The notes below the pieces were generated by a model. The model was not told the DNA's origin, did not search any database, and was given only the letters and a program-made list of their open reading frames with translations. A stretch of 64,000 nt of DNA from Bugula neritina (Eukaryota > Animalia > Bryozoa): assembly GCA_964035545.1 (NCBI GenBank), contig OZ037766.1:23548767-23612766 (forward strand), given 5' to 3'. Position numbers and translations under genes: made by a program. This document shows, piece after piece, positions 28,886 to 42,700 of the stretch. Positions within the stretch are counted from its first letter, which is position 1; every line of letters starts with the position of its first letter.

Positions 28886-31002
28886 TTGAATGTTGTACCA
28901 TTCAACCTTTAAAATTATGAATTGATGAATAAATATAAAGTATTTTTGATTTTTAATTATTGATAAAATTAATTCTGTAATTTAGTACAATTCAACAAAA
29001 TTCAAATTGTGGTGATAATAATAATAATTGATAATACTTTTAGTTTTACTTTCGCTTAGTCTTATGAGAATATCAATATGAATATGACTTTTAGTTTTAC
29101 TTTTAGTGATTTACAATTACTATTAGTATTAGTCTATTACTCATTTAGTTTTACTGCTAGTACTAGTAGTACTACTGCTAGTAGAACTAGTACTAGTATT
29201 ACTGCTAGTACTCTACTAGTAGACTTCAAATTCAACTTGAAGTCATAGTTAATTACTATTACTATTACTATTACTATTAGTATTAGTATTAGTATTACTA
29301 TTAGCATTACTATCCTATTACGATTAGTACCAGTATTGCATACTGATGGTGATGCTGGGTATTCTAATTCAATAAGTATAAGTATATTTATATTAATAAT
29401 GATATAGTTATAATTCTATTGATATTTATATATTTATTATAAGAATAGCTCTAAGTAGTAAGACTAAGAGTAAGAGTAAATATAACTGATACTCACCTCA
29501 TAACTTAAACTCGCCTCGTAGAAAACAGAATACTCTAGTAACACTAACACCTACTCATATTGGTGCAAAATTTATGAAGGCCTCTTATGTTGATTTTGTT
29601 TAGAGCTATCAAATGTTTGAATAAATAAGTTTCTATCGTCAGCATGTAGTTAAATAAAGTTAGAATTTTTTTAACTGAAATATAAACGATCTTGGCACAT
29701 AGCTAAGCTGAGTTTTTGTTATGAGGTTATGATATTATCATCAAATCTCTAATGCTTCGAGGGATAAACCTGTTATAGAAGGTCTGTAAGGATGCAGAAA
29801 CAGAAGTTGGCTTTTTTCTCTTAGCAGATATTGATATTTTAATTTTCATGGCCATGGTAATCATTGTGATTATCATAATGATAATAATTTATAATTATCA
29901 TTATGCTAATATAATTAGTGATTATGATAAATATGATGATTAACTTAAACAACTCTGAACACTCATACTTTCAGTTTGATTGACACAGTGGATGTGGTAG
30001 CCATATTCATACTCATACTGATATATATATAAATACTGCTTTCAAATAATAACTAGCACATCAAAGTGAAGACAATTACGTATCATTGCATTTATTAATA
30101 CTAACCCTATTTGTCTAAATGAATCTGAATAAAATTAATTGTTAACCAAGCTTGATAAGTTTTTAATATTGCTTTATTTATTAGATATTGCCAATTGCAA
30201 TGAATTGATGAAATTAATTGTTGATAACTAATTTGGTGTACACTAATTTGGCCATAATCATTATCAATAGTAGAAAGTTTATACTGCCAAATGTATTATT
30301 AAATTTAAAAGGATTCTTTCTAAATATTTCATCAGTTATCAGTTTATTGCTTTGAAAAGATTATTTGGCTATCTTTGACTTGGGATGCCTGCAATTTTCT
30401 TTGTGATTCAGTGTCAATGAATCAACTAAATAACTAGTGAATTACTCTATTTATTTTTCTCACCATTTAATGAAAAAAAAAGAAAGTCTCAAATGCTAAT
30501 TATATTGTCAACATATTTTCATAGGAATTTACTGCAATTACAAAATTAAATAGACATAGCTTATTCTAAAAGTTTACTGTGATAAGCATTCTGATTGATG
30601 AATACCCAGTATTAATGATGCACTACAAACTAATAGCAATGATTTCAATATAAAGAAGTTACTAAGCCCGATATGTTTAAACTAATAGTTATAGTTGTTT
30701 TTTAATTTATTTTATAGGTGATAATTATGTAATGCAAACATACCAAGTTAGCATATGTAGGTGCTAGGTACCAAATAATCTAAGCCCAAAATCTATCATG
30801 TCTAATTTAAGCTATGTAAATTTTGTGACATGCTCACTTTGTAAATATCCGTGAGTTAGATAACCTGCAGATCTATTCCATGGAAGTTATATATAAGTTT
30901 ATGATTTTTTGTGGTTAATTCAGTACAGGGAGCACAATCCAGTCTCACTATACAATGCACAGGACCATCTCCTAGTTATTTAACTGGCTTGAAACTTGAG
31001 CC

Positions 31003-34000
31003 ATGGGGCAAACGTTGAGTGAACCGATCACAACGAAGCACACTTCTGTCAGCTCCAACAGGTATGTTCCTTGAATAGCTGGTTAATATGTTCCGTAAAC
31101 AAATGTTATGGTTTTCTCACTCACCATGAGTATTTGATTCAGATTAACATGAATTATAGTATTGATTTAATAGGTTTATTAGCAATACCATTAACTCAAT
31201 ATGCCTATTTCAACTAGAAACTTAAACAAAATTAAAATTAAATCCTGGCACAGTCATTCTTTGATTATTAAAATCCATGACTTATTTTAAGCCAGTTTTT
31301 ATAGCTCTATTAATTCAAGTTCAGTTGTTAGACTTGGCCTGTTTTACTGGATGTGTCAGAACATATTTGAAGTTATATAGTTCTTGTTACGCTAGACTAT
31401 CAGATTAGAAACTTTATATAAACATACTAGAAATATTTTGTTCCACCAGTCAACTAAGGGTGGCAGTCAGTTGTATGCAGGGATGGAGAATCAACATGGA
31501 GGACGCTCACACTCAGCTTCTCTCTCTACCCGGTGATCCTACTGCCAGCTTCTTTGCAGTTTTCGATGGTCATGGTGGCGCTACTATTGCCCAGCATGCC
31601 AGCCATAATCTACACAAGAAACTAGTTCAGCAGTCACATTATGGTATGGAATAGTTTTGAAGGCCTGCATGGAGCAGAATTCTGCTCAAACTGCTAGCAC
31701 TGGCCACAAAGTGGAATTGTTCTCTGTGGTGTACCTGCGATCAGAATACTTAATTATTACTGTGCACTACTTCTGTTTAGCAATTCCATGTTTATGCTTA
31801 GTTTCTCCTTTGTGAATTATATAGAATAGCCAGTGAAGTTTCAATACATATGGATTTTCAAATAGTATCACCAAATGAATCTATAGTAAAGTTTTGTTTC
31901 CTTCAACGTTTCTGAGTGGAAATTGACTTCAGTCCTAGATTTTCTCCAGGCACTACTTTGCATTCAAAATTCTGCTTCATCTTGCCGGACCTTATAATGT
32001 GGTGGTGACTTTATATTTGTTTGTAAAGACTCACCTTGTCCAATATACAAATATTCTATGTAGAGTAACGTTGACGGTCACTTGAAGATTCTGTTTATAA
32101 TTTCAACTGTTCAAATCTTTTTCAGGTGATCTCCCAATGTTTCAAGTAATTATATGTCATTCTAAAGACTCATTACTGATCTTTTGTTAACATATTTGTG
32201 TTTTGGTATTTTAATGCTGTGTGTAAAAGTAATGGACTTATTATGATGTTTGGAGTCGTCTATCCAATAAATAATCGTTTTGCGGACTGCCAGTATTAAA
32301 TGACTCTATAAATTTATGTTATGTTTCACAGGACGAGGTGATATTGAAGCAGCTTTTAAATACTCATACCTTCAGTTAGACCGAGACATGGCTACTGGTA
32401 GGTATATGTGTGACTGGCTAGTCTGAATTTTATTTCCACATTAAATTACTTGATTCCCTGTAAGGCATACATGTGTTTGTACTTTATTATATTACTTATA
32501 ATATACGTAATATTATAAAGTGTAAATACACCTAAATAATCAATATTATTGAGTTTATTGAGCTTGGTTTATGAAACTAAAATGAGACCTTTTCACAGTT
32601 GTTATAGTAGGAGTTTAACTTCATATTAGTATGTAAACATGGGACTAATGATTACAGAATACAATCTGCTAGTATAATTATTTCATTAGAAAAAGTAACA
32701 CTGACTTTGTTACTAAATTTTGTATGCAATGCCTATGCTTTCAAATACATTTTGTTGCTGAGTAGTTTTTAGTTTGGTTACTCTAAAAGTTTTTAAAACT
32801 GTCAACCCTTTTTAAGACAGTTGCTTTTATTAATTTAAATAATGTGAAGATTTTAAAAGCGACAGGGTCTATATTTGTATAGTATAATTCTACACGTTTT
32901 ACACTTACTTTTTACACATGTTGAGGTACTTACAGCACTTACACTTTCTACTTACAGATATACATTTGAGAGAGGATATGTCCGGCACCACAGCTGTTGG
33001 AATACTTATAAAAAATAACAAGATTGTCTGTGTAAGTACTTGGCTAGACATGTCATTTTATTTATACTGTCACATGTGAGCACATGCCAACTCGTGTGTT
33101 AAGCAGTTGCCACGGTTACTCTGTAGTTTGAGGTTTACAAGTGTTTGCATTTTGACATTGTTTGACAGGTATGTGTTAGTAATATCTTATTGGCAAAACT
33201 TCATTTTGACTAAACGGATTTCATTCATGAAACTGTTTCATTCATTTGGTGATTATGTTTTGTTCAAGCAATTATGTGGGCAATATTTGGGAAACTTAAA
33301 ATTAATTTGGTGACAGAAAATTATGTTTAGTCTTTTTTTTCTATTGCTCCAGTTCGGTTCAGCAAAAAAATGGCAACTCCATAAATTGGTCTGAAATAAC
33401 TTTCCAGTATTGGTTTAAACTATTACTTTAATTATTGAAGTTACTACATTAATACTAAATATAATTGAGTTAGTAGTAATTTTGTAGTAAAAGTAATCAA
33501 ATAGGCAAAAAATATCAAACCAGTTGATGGATTTTTACTTATTAGAAGTAAAATGTCACTAGCAAGAAGTGAAAATAATTGTAGACTATCACTGAATTAA
33601 ATTATCAAAAATCCTTTAGTTTATACCTCATAAGATTTAAAATCTTGCACATGCCAAGAAAACTCATTTTGTTCTGCACAGTTTTGAGAAATAAGTGTCT
33701 TGAGTTGTTTAACAGAGTTGTAATGACAATGAGTGCATAGCTTTGCAAGGTCTGTCCTTGGTATAATTCTTATCAAATTTTCATTAAAAATCAATTTTCG
33801 GATTACTGATTATGCCAAAATTCAGTATTTTTTAACATGTAAGCATTCTGTTGTAGCAGTTTTCATAGTTGATTTTTACATTGTAATAATCTTATAACGT
33901 TTTAAACTACTTTGTTAGGCGAATGTAGGAGACTCTCGGGCTATAGCCAGTGTTGATGGGACTGTACAGGAACTCAGCTTTGATCACAAACCAAACCATG

Positions 34001-36606
34001 AACTGGAGACTAAAAGGATAGTTGCAGCTGGAGGTTGGGTGGAATATGACAGAGTCAACGGTGAGCGAGTATTATTTTTATAATTTACTGCTGCAGCTCT
34101 CTTAGTAGTGGTTTGTATACTTCAACAGTAGGCTGCTGCATACATATATACGTAGGCCTATATACATATATATGTATATACATATATACATATATACATA
34201 TATATGTATATATAGCTCAGTGTCAGTTTGTTATGGAAGTGGTGTGTTCTCATTAGACTACTGTTTAAGTCTAAGAGAAAATGGTAAAACTTGAGGCTCA
34301 ACTGTAAATCATTGCAGTGACACTTGACTTTAGATTTGACAGCTGATTGCAATGTAAGATGGTTGGATAGAGTTTTGTGATTTGACACGAGGACATTTGG
34401 GTCAAATACTAAATATACACATTTATTTTTAAAGAATTTCTAATTTAAAGAAATACTGTTTTGTTATACATGTTTGTTAACTGTGTAGGCAATGTGATAG
34501 TTTGATATGCCTTAAGCACTGTGCTGGTTTTTTTATGAAAGCTGTTTCGATAATTTGTCTTGTACCCTCTACTGCTTATCTTTAGGAAATCTCGCACTAT
34601 CTCGTGCTTTGGGAGATTTTATATTCAAGAAGAATGATCGAAAATCAGCCGAGGAACAAATAGTAACTGGTATGTTGTTCAACATTACTGTAGATGGCTG
34701 TAGTATGTGACTGTAGTTATCTGCAGTACATAGCTGTAGTTATCTGTAGTACATAGCTGTAGTACATAGCTGTAGTTATCTGTAGTACATAGCTGTAGTT
34801 ATCTGTAATACATAGCTGTAGTTATCTGTAGTACATAGCTGTAGTTATCTGTAGTACATAGCTGTAGTTATCTGTAGTACATAGCTGTAGTTATCTGTAG
34901 TACATAGCTGTAGTTATCTGTAGTACATAGCTGTAGTTATCTGTAGTACAAGACTGTAGTTATCTGTAGTACATATAGTAGCTGTAGTTATCTGTAGTAC
35001 AAAGCTGTAGTTATCTGTGGTACATTACTGTAGCAGTTCTTTACTGTATTGGTCTAACACAGAATCTCCATTCAGAATGTCCCCACACTTTGATATGCCT
35101 GTGTACTGCTGCCTAGGCTAATCACTGTGCTGTCTGTTCTGTTTCCTCCAGCCTGCCCAGATATAATAACCAAAGACATAACTGCAGGCCACGAGTTTAT
35201 TGTCATCGCCTGTGATGGCATTTGGGATGTGATGTCCAATGAAGAGGTCTTGCAATTTGTACGGACTCGTATAGCTCAGCGAACAGAGCCTTCCACTGTA
35301 TGTACAAAAATATTTTTATTTAGATTATATTATTTTTCATGGTATTTATATTATGTATATGAAGTTTTACTAAATATGATTTCTTCTTAGTTTTTATTTA
35401 TTAGTATTAATGCAAGACAATTAAATGTTCACGTCTGTTGTGTTAGTTTCAGGATGCTAGTTCTATTTAGTGGTTGATTTTTTTCATTTTCATTTGTATC
35501 TGTTGGCACAACGCTCTATAGCCGGGCTTTATGTTCTGTTTATAGATATGTGAAGCCTTGCTGAATACGTGTCTGGCCCCAGACGCTCACATGGGAGGTT
35601 TAGGCTGTGACAACATGACCGTGTTGCTGATCTGCTTCCTGAACGGTAGTTCCTACGAGAGTCTAGCTGTTCGATGTGCTAAACCTGTTAAACACTCCCA
35701 CCACCACGTCAGCGCATCCTTTCACGCTCAAAGTCGAACTCCCACCCAGCCACCTGCTCACCCTTTTGCCAGGACAGGTGAGTGTGAATTATGTCGGCTT
35801 TTTATCCCAGATTTGAGTTAGTGCTGGGCCAGTTTTAAATTTATTACGGCTTTTTATTCCAGGTTCTAGCATGGATTACTCAGCAATAAATTTTGAGCCG
35901 CTCTTGATATAGGCTATTTAATTTTCATAAACTGAAACTCTATCTTAATTTCAATTTGTTATAAAGTTACAATGTCTTTTTTAATTTTACAACTGGGTAT
36001 ATGGTATATACTAATAAAGTTTTGAAATTCCCAGTTCATTTGCATATCTATAAATTTGTACCAGCATGCTTTTCGGTGGTTGCCTGGAAAATGTAAACAA
36101 TGTTCAGTTTTACTTTTGCTTTCACATGTATAGCTCTAACATTTCTTAAATTTAATTTAAATGTTACTATGGTTTAGCCTTTTTATGTAAGCAATGAATT
36201 TTGCTTTAAAGTTTAAACAATGTAAAACAGTTAGAACCAAATAGGCTCTGTGATGATTTTATTTGGTGCAAGAAAATTAATATTTTATTTTGAGAATGAT
36301 ATAACTAATTTAAAACAAGCAAGTATGTTTCTGCGAAAGTTTTTACCTATGTGCTGAGATGAAGTTTAAAAAAAAGAACAAAAACAGTTTAGGTGTTCAA
36401 ATTTTTTAATTGTTCAAATTAAAAGTTGGTTATTTGTAGGGAGTACAGGAGGGAGCTCACTAGGTCCCCCTTCATCTAACTTGTCTGCAAAGAACACTGG
36501 GCTACCTAACTCAGAGAGCAGAGGGAGAGGTGGTGGTGCTAATTTTGGGGCTTCTAATTCCTCACAGCCTCCGCATTCTCCATCCAACAGAAGTTACTTT
36601 CATTAA
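31003..36606 (+). CDS. Protein phosphatase 2C (PPM family; Ptc2/3- or C. elegans T23F11.1-type N-terminus), 387 aa, 9 exons: 31003-31061, 31450-31643, 32332-32397, 32958-33031, 33919-34060, 34586-34669, 35152-35297, 35546-35777, 36440-36606
   Basis: MGQTLSEP (myristoylation-type start), SCMQGWRINMEDAH, FDGHGG, SGTTA, ANVGDSRA, DHKP, RVNGNLALSRALGDF, ACDGIWDV, GCDNMT. Phases are consistent (1164 nt). Confidence 0.95.
34688..35035. repeat. 23-bp minisatellite (TAGCTGTAGTTATCTGTAGTACA)n in PP2C intron 6
   Basis: Directly visible, starting ~20 nt after the donor at 34670. Confidence 0.93.
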
Positions 36607-36859
36607 AACTGGTAAGAAAATTGTTGGGGTCTCAATAACTTGTAGATATATATACAGACAGACACACTCACTCACACATTACACAACTAAGCATTGGGTT
36701 ATAATAGTATATTAACTGCATACCTGTGGTAATTCTGTACACATGTATGAGTGTAAAGTCTTCATTCCTGTTAACACCCCTGATGACGAGGGTTTCTTAG
36801 AACTAAGGCATGTGCCTATTACCATGCTGGTAACAGGTTTGCAGGTTTTTCCTGTGGTG

Positions 36860-36940
36860 CATTGGATGCTCGTGCTGATATTTCCAATGACCTTGACTCG
36901 TACCCATGACCTGTGTCACACTAAGCCACAACTGCTCCTA
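36860..36940 (-). mobile_element. Decayed SINE copy in the PP2C 3' region, related to 14390-14483
   Basis: Minus strand GGCTTAGTGTGACACAGGTCATGGGTACGAGTC...CATTGGAAATATCAGCACGAGCATCCA aligns by eye with the 14.4 kb copy. Confidence 0.5.
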
Positions 36941-38698
36941 TTTTTATGTGATTATATCTTCTGCTAAGTTGATTTTTCTGATTGGAAAATGTGATGTTCC
37001 TAACTGTTAACAAGCCTTAGTATGTGGTTATTTCAGTTGGCCTGTCCCTATCGACAGTTTTGTCGAGGGATAACACTAGCTGTCTTGATCTCAAAATATA
37101 TTTCACATTTTAGTTAGCTTAACTAATTTCCACATGTTCCACTAATAGTTAACTGCTATATAGTGTGGTAACTACAAGTCATATATCTGTTGTGTTATAT
37201 ATTATTATTCATTACTGTGTAATGTGTATTATATTATGTGTTTTAGCTTGTCTAGCAAGAGCACTTGCCAGCACCTGCCAGAACAAGCCCTTCTTATTAC
37301 GCTCTTTTGATGCTGCCTTCCCATAGTCTGCTGTGTCTATGTTCAGTGCCAATTTATATACCTAGCAATGCTACTCTGCAGGTAGAGTAACAATAAGTTT
37401 TGTGTATTGAATAAAGAAACCTGCGGACAATGTTTGGTTATACCAATAAAGAACAATCAGGTCTTGGTATTATTTTTCTATAACAAATGAATAATGAATA
37501 TAAGCTTTAATTTTTGTAATTATAATAATTTAATTTCATGAAACTTAAACTTTATTGAAAATACTGTAGCTGCTATGCAACAGTCATCGATGTAGGTACA
37601 CAAAATGTATGATACTGGTATCAGATATATTTCCAAAGAGAATTCGTACTATTTTTGTGGGCCTGTATATGACTTGTTTGTTTATCTTGATAAAATAATA
37701 ACAATGCTATTATATGTTACGTATGACAATGCCAATTTATTTTATAAGATACTTGATCTCAGATTCAATAGTTTTGTGTTCTGGTTGTTTTCTGGTTGAT
37801 TGTCATTATCAAGTTTTGTTTTGATGTTCTGGTTTTTCAATTTTTCTTTCAGGAAATAATATTATGTATTTTTGATCTGCCTTTAGTGACCATATACTGC
37901 ATTTTCATGTAGTTGCGCTACATGACAAGGAAGTCAATAAAGTATTAGAAACGTTTTAAAATTTCTAAAATGAAGCACTTCAAATTTCTCTAAATCTGAA
38001 ACCAATGCTTTGTTTGGTAATTTGTGTAAAGATTAAATACTTTGACATAACTTGATCCTAGCTGTTGGAGAATAATTACTGGTAGACAAAGTAATGGTAT
38101 CAACTATTAATTTTTAACTAGAGACAGTTGATAAACTTGCTATTACACAGCGCTATTAAAATTATGTTGGAAAACTTTTCTTGTGGAAGTCCCCCTCCAC
38201 CATGGTAAGTTATCAACAGCTGTTTTATCTACATGTTTACATTCTGGATCAGTATCAAATACTTCCAGCCACTGACTTACAGTTATACCCCAAGGTTTCT
38301 ACGCAGCAACAAATTTTGGTAAAGCTCATCTAACAAGTGTGGGAGCTTCGAACAAATTGCATACATAACAAACAATTCTTTTAAAAAAACCTCGATTACT
38401 GCACTTAATTGGAGGAAAAAGTAGGAGTATTTTGCAAGAATCGTATAGCAATTTTTAGAGTAAATAGGATGTGTAATAAATAAAGCAAAATATATGCTAG
38501 AGAGCAAGAAAAGCTGCTAATGGTCCCCCCTCCATGTCAACTAATTTTCAACACATATCTTATGTTTCAGAACTACTGAAATTATACTTTTACAAAAGAT
38601 AAGTATACCATTTAAAAAATATATCACCATCAAGTTCATATGGCAATGACCTAGCGCTTTGTTATGACAAAACTCTTCAAGCATGGTTTTCTCTACTT

Positions 38699-38758
38699 AT
38701 ATGTAATCAGCCCTTTAAAATACCCCATATGTAATCAGCCCTTTAAAATACCCCATAT
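38699..38758. repeat. 28-bp direct tandem duplication
   Basis: ATGTAATCAGCCCTTTAAAATACCCCAT at 38701 and 38729. Confidence 0.9.
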
Positions 38759-39714
38759 ACTACACTAATTTTATGAACCTTGAACCAAGCTTTAATTCTT
38801 GGTCCTAACTTGCCTGTGCGTATTGAATAGAGCAAAATGGCCCAAGTATTTTCTTATTACAGATGCCCAGTGTCAGCATTTGATGGTTCTTAGATTTAGG
38901 CTAGGTACAGTTTTCATTTATGGATATGAGGGAGTGAACAATAAAAACAGGGTCGTGATTACTAGCAAACTATATTTCATTCGATTTTTATATTACTATT
39001 TTTTAAATCCAAGGTTTAGACTGAAAGTCGTCACATAATATTTAAATAGAAAATTGAAATAAAAAAATATCACAATTATATCTTTTATCAAAAGAATAAT
39101 GAAAATAATATTGAGAACTAATAAATATATATTATAAAGACAACATATTGGATTATTTGTGTCATTAACTACCATCAGCTACAACAGATCGCTTACTTAT
39201 ATGTACTACAATGTGAAAACAACGAAACACTGACATCAGTGACTAAGTATGTTAGAATCTAAGCTGTGCCAAGGCCATTGACTGAGTAAGATAGGGTCGG
39301 TTATAAACCAGAGCAAAGCTGAGGCTTCATACTACATTTACTGGTTAAAATTAACAATGTGAGCAGTTATAATAGAGCAGTTCAGTGATTGGATGTCCGG
39401 AAAAAGACACTAATATCTGTAAATTTCAAACAATACATTTCATAGCACTATTCTTTAACTCAACTAATACAAAGTTCCGTGAAAAATCTGCAATTGACAC
39501 ATTGATTCAAACAATTGTGAAAACTCAACATATACGTAATATATGCGAGCAGCATCAATTCTCTCAAACAACAAATGAGTACTTAGAAAAACTCGCAGAA
39601 AGCTCCTCGGAAAAAACAAACTTTCATGTTGAGCTCAATGCTAATAAAGGTAATATAAATAAGAGTAAGCGTGCGGTAGTGACTGCTGCATGTGCATCGA
39701 GTAGGTGAATCCCG

Positions 39715-42700
39715 TCACCGAGTACCAGTATGGCGGACAGATGTGGGCGGCCTCAGACCTGATTTAGGCGTCATACCAGCTGATCTACATATAAACTTTG
39801 GTGATGCAAAATGACTGTTATTGACATAGTATGTTGGTGGACAAATTGCATTCTCTTAAGAGCTGTTTGTTTATCAAGTATCATTATGGACAATTTCAAA
39901 AATATTTTGATAAATTTAGATATTTTATTTTAAGATAAGAAATTACACTAAAAGTTTTGAAACAGTAGTCAAGTACACATCTATTGTAGATGAGTAATAA
40001 CTTACTTTAGTGTAGTTAAGAGACTTTTTGAAAAATAAATTATTATTTTCTCATATTAGTAGTAGTAGCAAGGAAGGAGCATATGAGATATTCATTAACT
40101 CCACCTGTTTAGTAGTGACACATTTCTAACAGGTACCTGGTTCTGTGATTAGTGGGGGCGGGCAGTGAAGATTTAGGATTGCGTAGACCGGACATAGCCT
40201 GAGAACCTGCAGGCTTAGCAGCATGTACAGATCTAGGAGAGAGACTGGTGCGTATGTGAGGACTATTTGTACTATGTGAGGAGACAGCTGCCGACATATT
40301 CTTTGTATTCACTACAGACTTGTGTATAATAGGCGTGTCGCCATTCAACTGTAAAGTTGGAGCTGTAACAGAAATTGTAAAGTAGACTGTATGATAAGAG
40401 TATATAAATTATAGTCAATAATTCTGCAAAAACTATAGATAGATGAGTTTTTATCTAGTGGCTGAATAACCAGAGTAATCTCCTCTACATTAGAATAAGA
40501 CAACTCTTAACATACGCCATCGCAATGCACTACACTTGATTAGTTTAGTATTTATTCATTAATAATTCTGTTGAATCAAAAGCAATAAAACAGTAAAAGC
40601 CGACAGATAATTTGTGACCAAGAACTTACATGGAGTCTTGTTACGTGTGGGTTTCCTCACTCGAAATGTCCCACTACCCTGATTTGCCTTCTCTTCTGCA
40701 AACATAACTTATGTGAACATTATCACCACTTGGGAAAGTATCCACATTTTAATAAATTATCTAATTCAGGGCATAAAATGTGTTCAATTTCAATAGAGTT
40801 AAGAATAATATGTAGAACGATAAGGTATTAAAATTTCCCAATTTAAAGCATCAGCTTTCAATTTCCGATGCTTCAAACTTCAACTTTGGGAATGTCGAAG
40901 ATTTTTCTCACCTTTACAGATTTTCCACACACTTTTTCATAAATCATGTTTTAAATTGAAGAGGTTGAAGAAGCAGGTATTGATGTCTCTTAATTGCAAA
41001 ATGAAACTGTTAGCAACTCCACATTGAGTTATGAAATGACAACTAAGCATGGCTCTAACTAGCAGAACTGAAACCAGTATGATGAGATGAACAGTAGCAG
41101 TGAGCAACAAACAACCCACCCGCTCTTTGACTGAAGGACTCCTCATTGCTACTCGACAGGCTCCCAGTTGAACTGTCCAGATCACTGATGTTGAGGGAGG
41201 GAACTCCTACGCTTCCAGCAGGCGATGTAGAAGCTGAGGCCATAAAACAAGTAAAATGCTGCTACTGAATGATGTCATAAAACAGATATGATATTATAAA
41301 CAGCTATCACATCATACAAATGTATGACATAACAAATAGCTATGACATCATAAACAGGTATGATGTAATGAAAAGGTGTAAAGTACAACCTTTCCTGACT
41401 GCACTCAGACTATCCCTCAGGCTTTGCTCTTGGAGTTTTGCCAAAGTTTGAATATCCAAACTTTCCCTCTTACTCTTGTCTTCCGTATTACCTGTAGGCT
41501 CTCTTCTCCTGAAGGTAGTATCAGGAAGTGCTCCCTGCAACACAATCTCTATACAAGACAATCCAAAATGGCTACTTCTTTAACATAAATTCCAATGAGG
41601 CACAAAAGTACATTGAAATGAAATACATGAGTTTATGGCAAATCCAAAAGAAGCTTGTTGACTAAGCACATACTACACACCATTACACATTGACATCAAC
41701 AGGCTTACAGTACAACACTTACACAACACTACAGTCTACATAAGACTACAACATATACATTACTACAGCTACATAAGACTACAACTTATATATTACTACA
41801 GTCTACACAGTACATGCACAACAACACACACACAACATTCACACATGAATTAACAACCTTCACACATTTCAGTGAACACACCAAACTATCCAAGTCGGGC
41901 TGTTCTAAGCTGCTGGGAGATTCACTCAGCATTCTCTGTGCCTCCAGCACTGTACTACTGTCAATGGTTCGGGTCTGGTTCCTCCGTCTCACAAATGTGC
42001 TGGAGTCAGCAGGAGAAACCTTTCCTAGAATATAACAACATCACTTAACTTGTAGTTCTACATTCCCTGGTGTATTCTGGTGCATGTCAATATAATGCCA
42101 AATCAATTGTCAATTTCTTAACAGAAAAACCGCAAAACTTTGCCATCTAAAAAAGTCGAACTCTGTAACTAATTTAAAAGACTATCAAGTTAATCAATTG
42201 ATTTTGAATTTAATTAAAACCAGCTCCAAAATGTATTTGGGTAAGTGGTAAAAGGAAACAGAGTCAAACTGAGAAATGCATAAGTTTAATAATAATAGTA
42301 TAAATAAAAACTGATAATAATGCAACGAAAGCGTAAGCCACGATATATAAGCAGTACTAGCATACAACATTGATGCTCAGCTAAAAGAAGGCGATTCAAC
42401 AGAACGGCAAGTAAGCCTTTAACAGTGATGCTAAGAAAGTGTTTGTTAAAAGTCAAATGCATAAAAACTGTGTGTTGAGACCATTATTTTAGTTGTGGCC
42501 TAGCATTGTCTCCCTTTACCCTTGTATACTCACCAGCTGTGCTAACTGATCCTCGCAATGAATCGGAATAATTTGAATCGTTACTATGACAACTTAAACT
42601 CTCAGATGAAGTGATTTCATCATTTGTGAAGTGCAGTGGTTCATCATTGTCAGTTTTACTTTGAGGGGCGGCAGCGGCAGCAGTACCATTGGCATCAGAA

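Noticed and set aside
37193-37485. TGTTATA...TATAACA-bounded solo-LTR candidate
   Set aside because: No target-site duplication; equally explained as PP2C 3' UTR with polyA signals.
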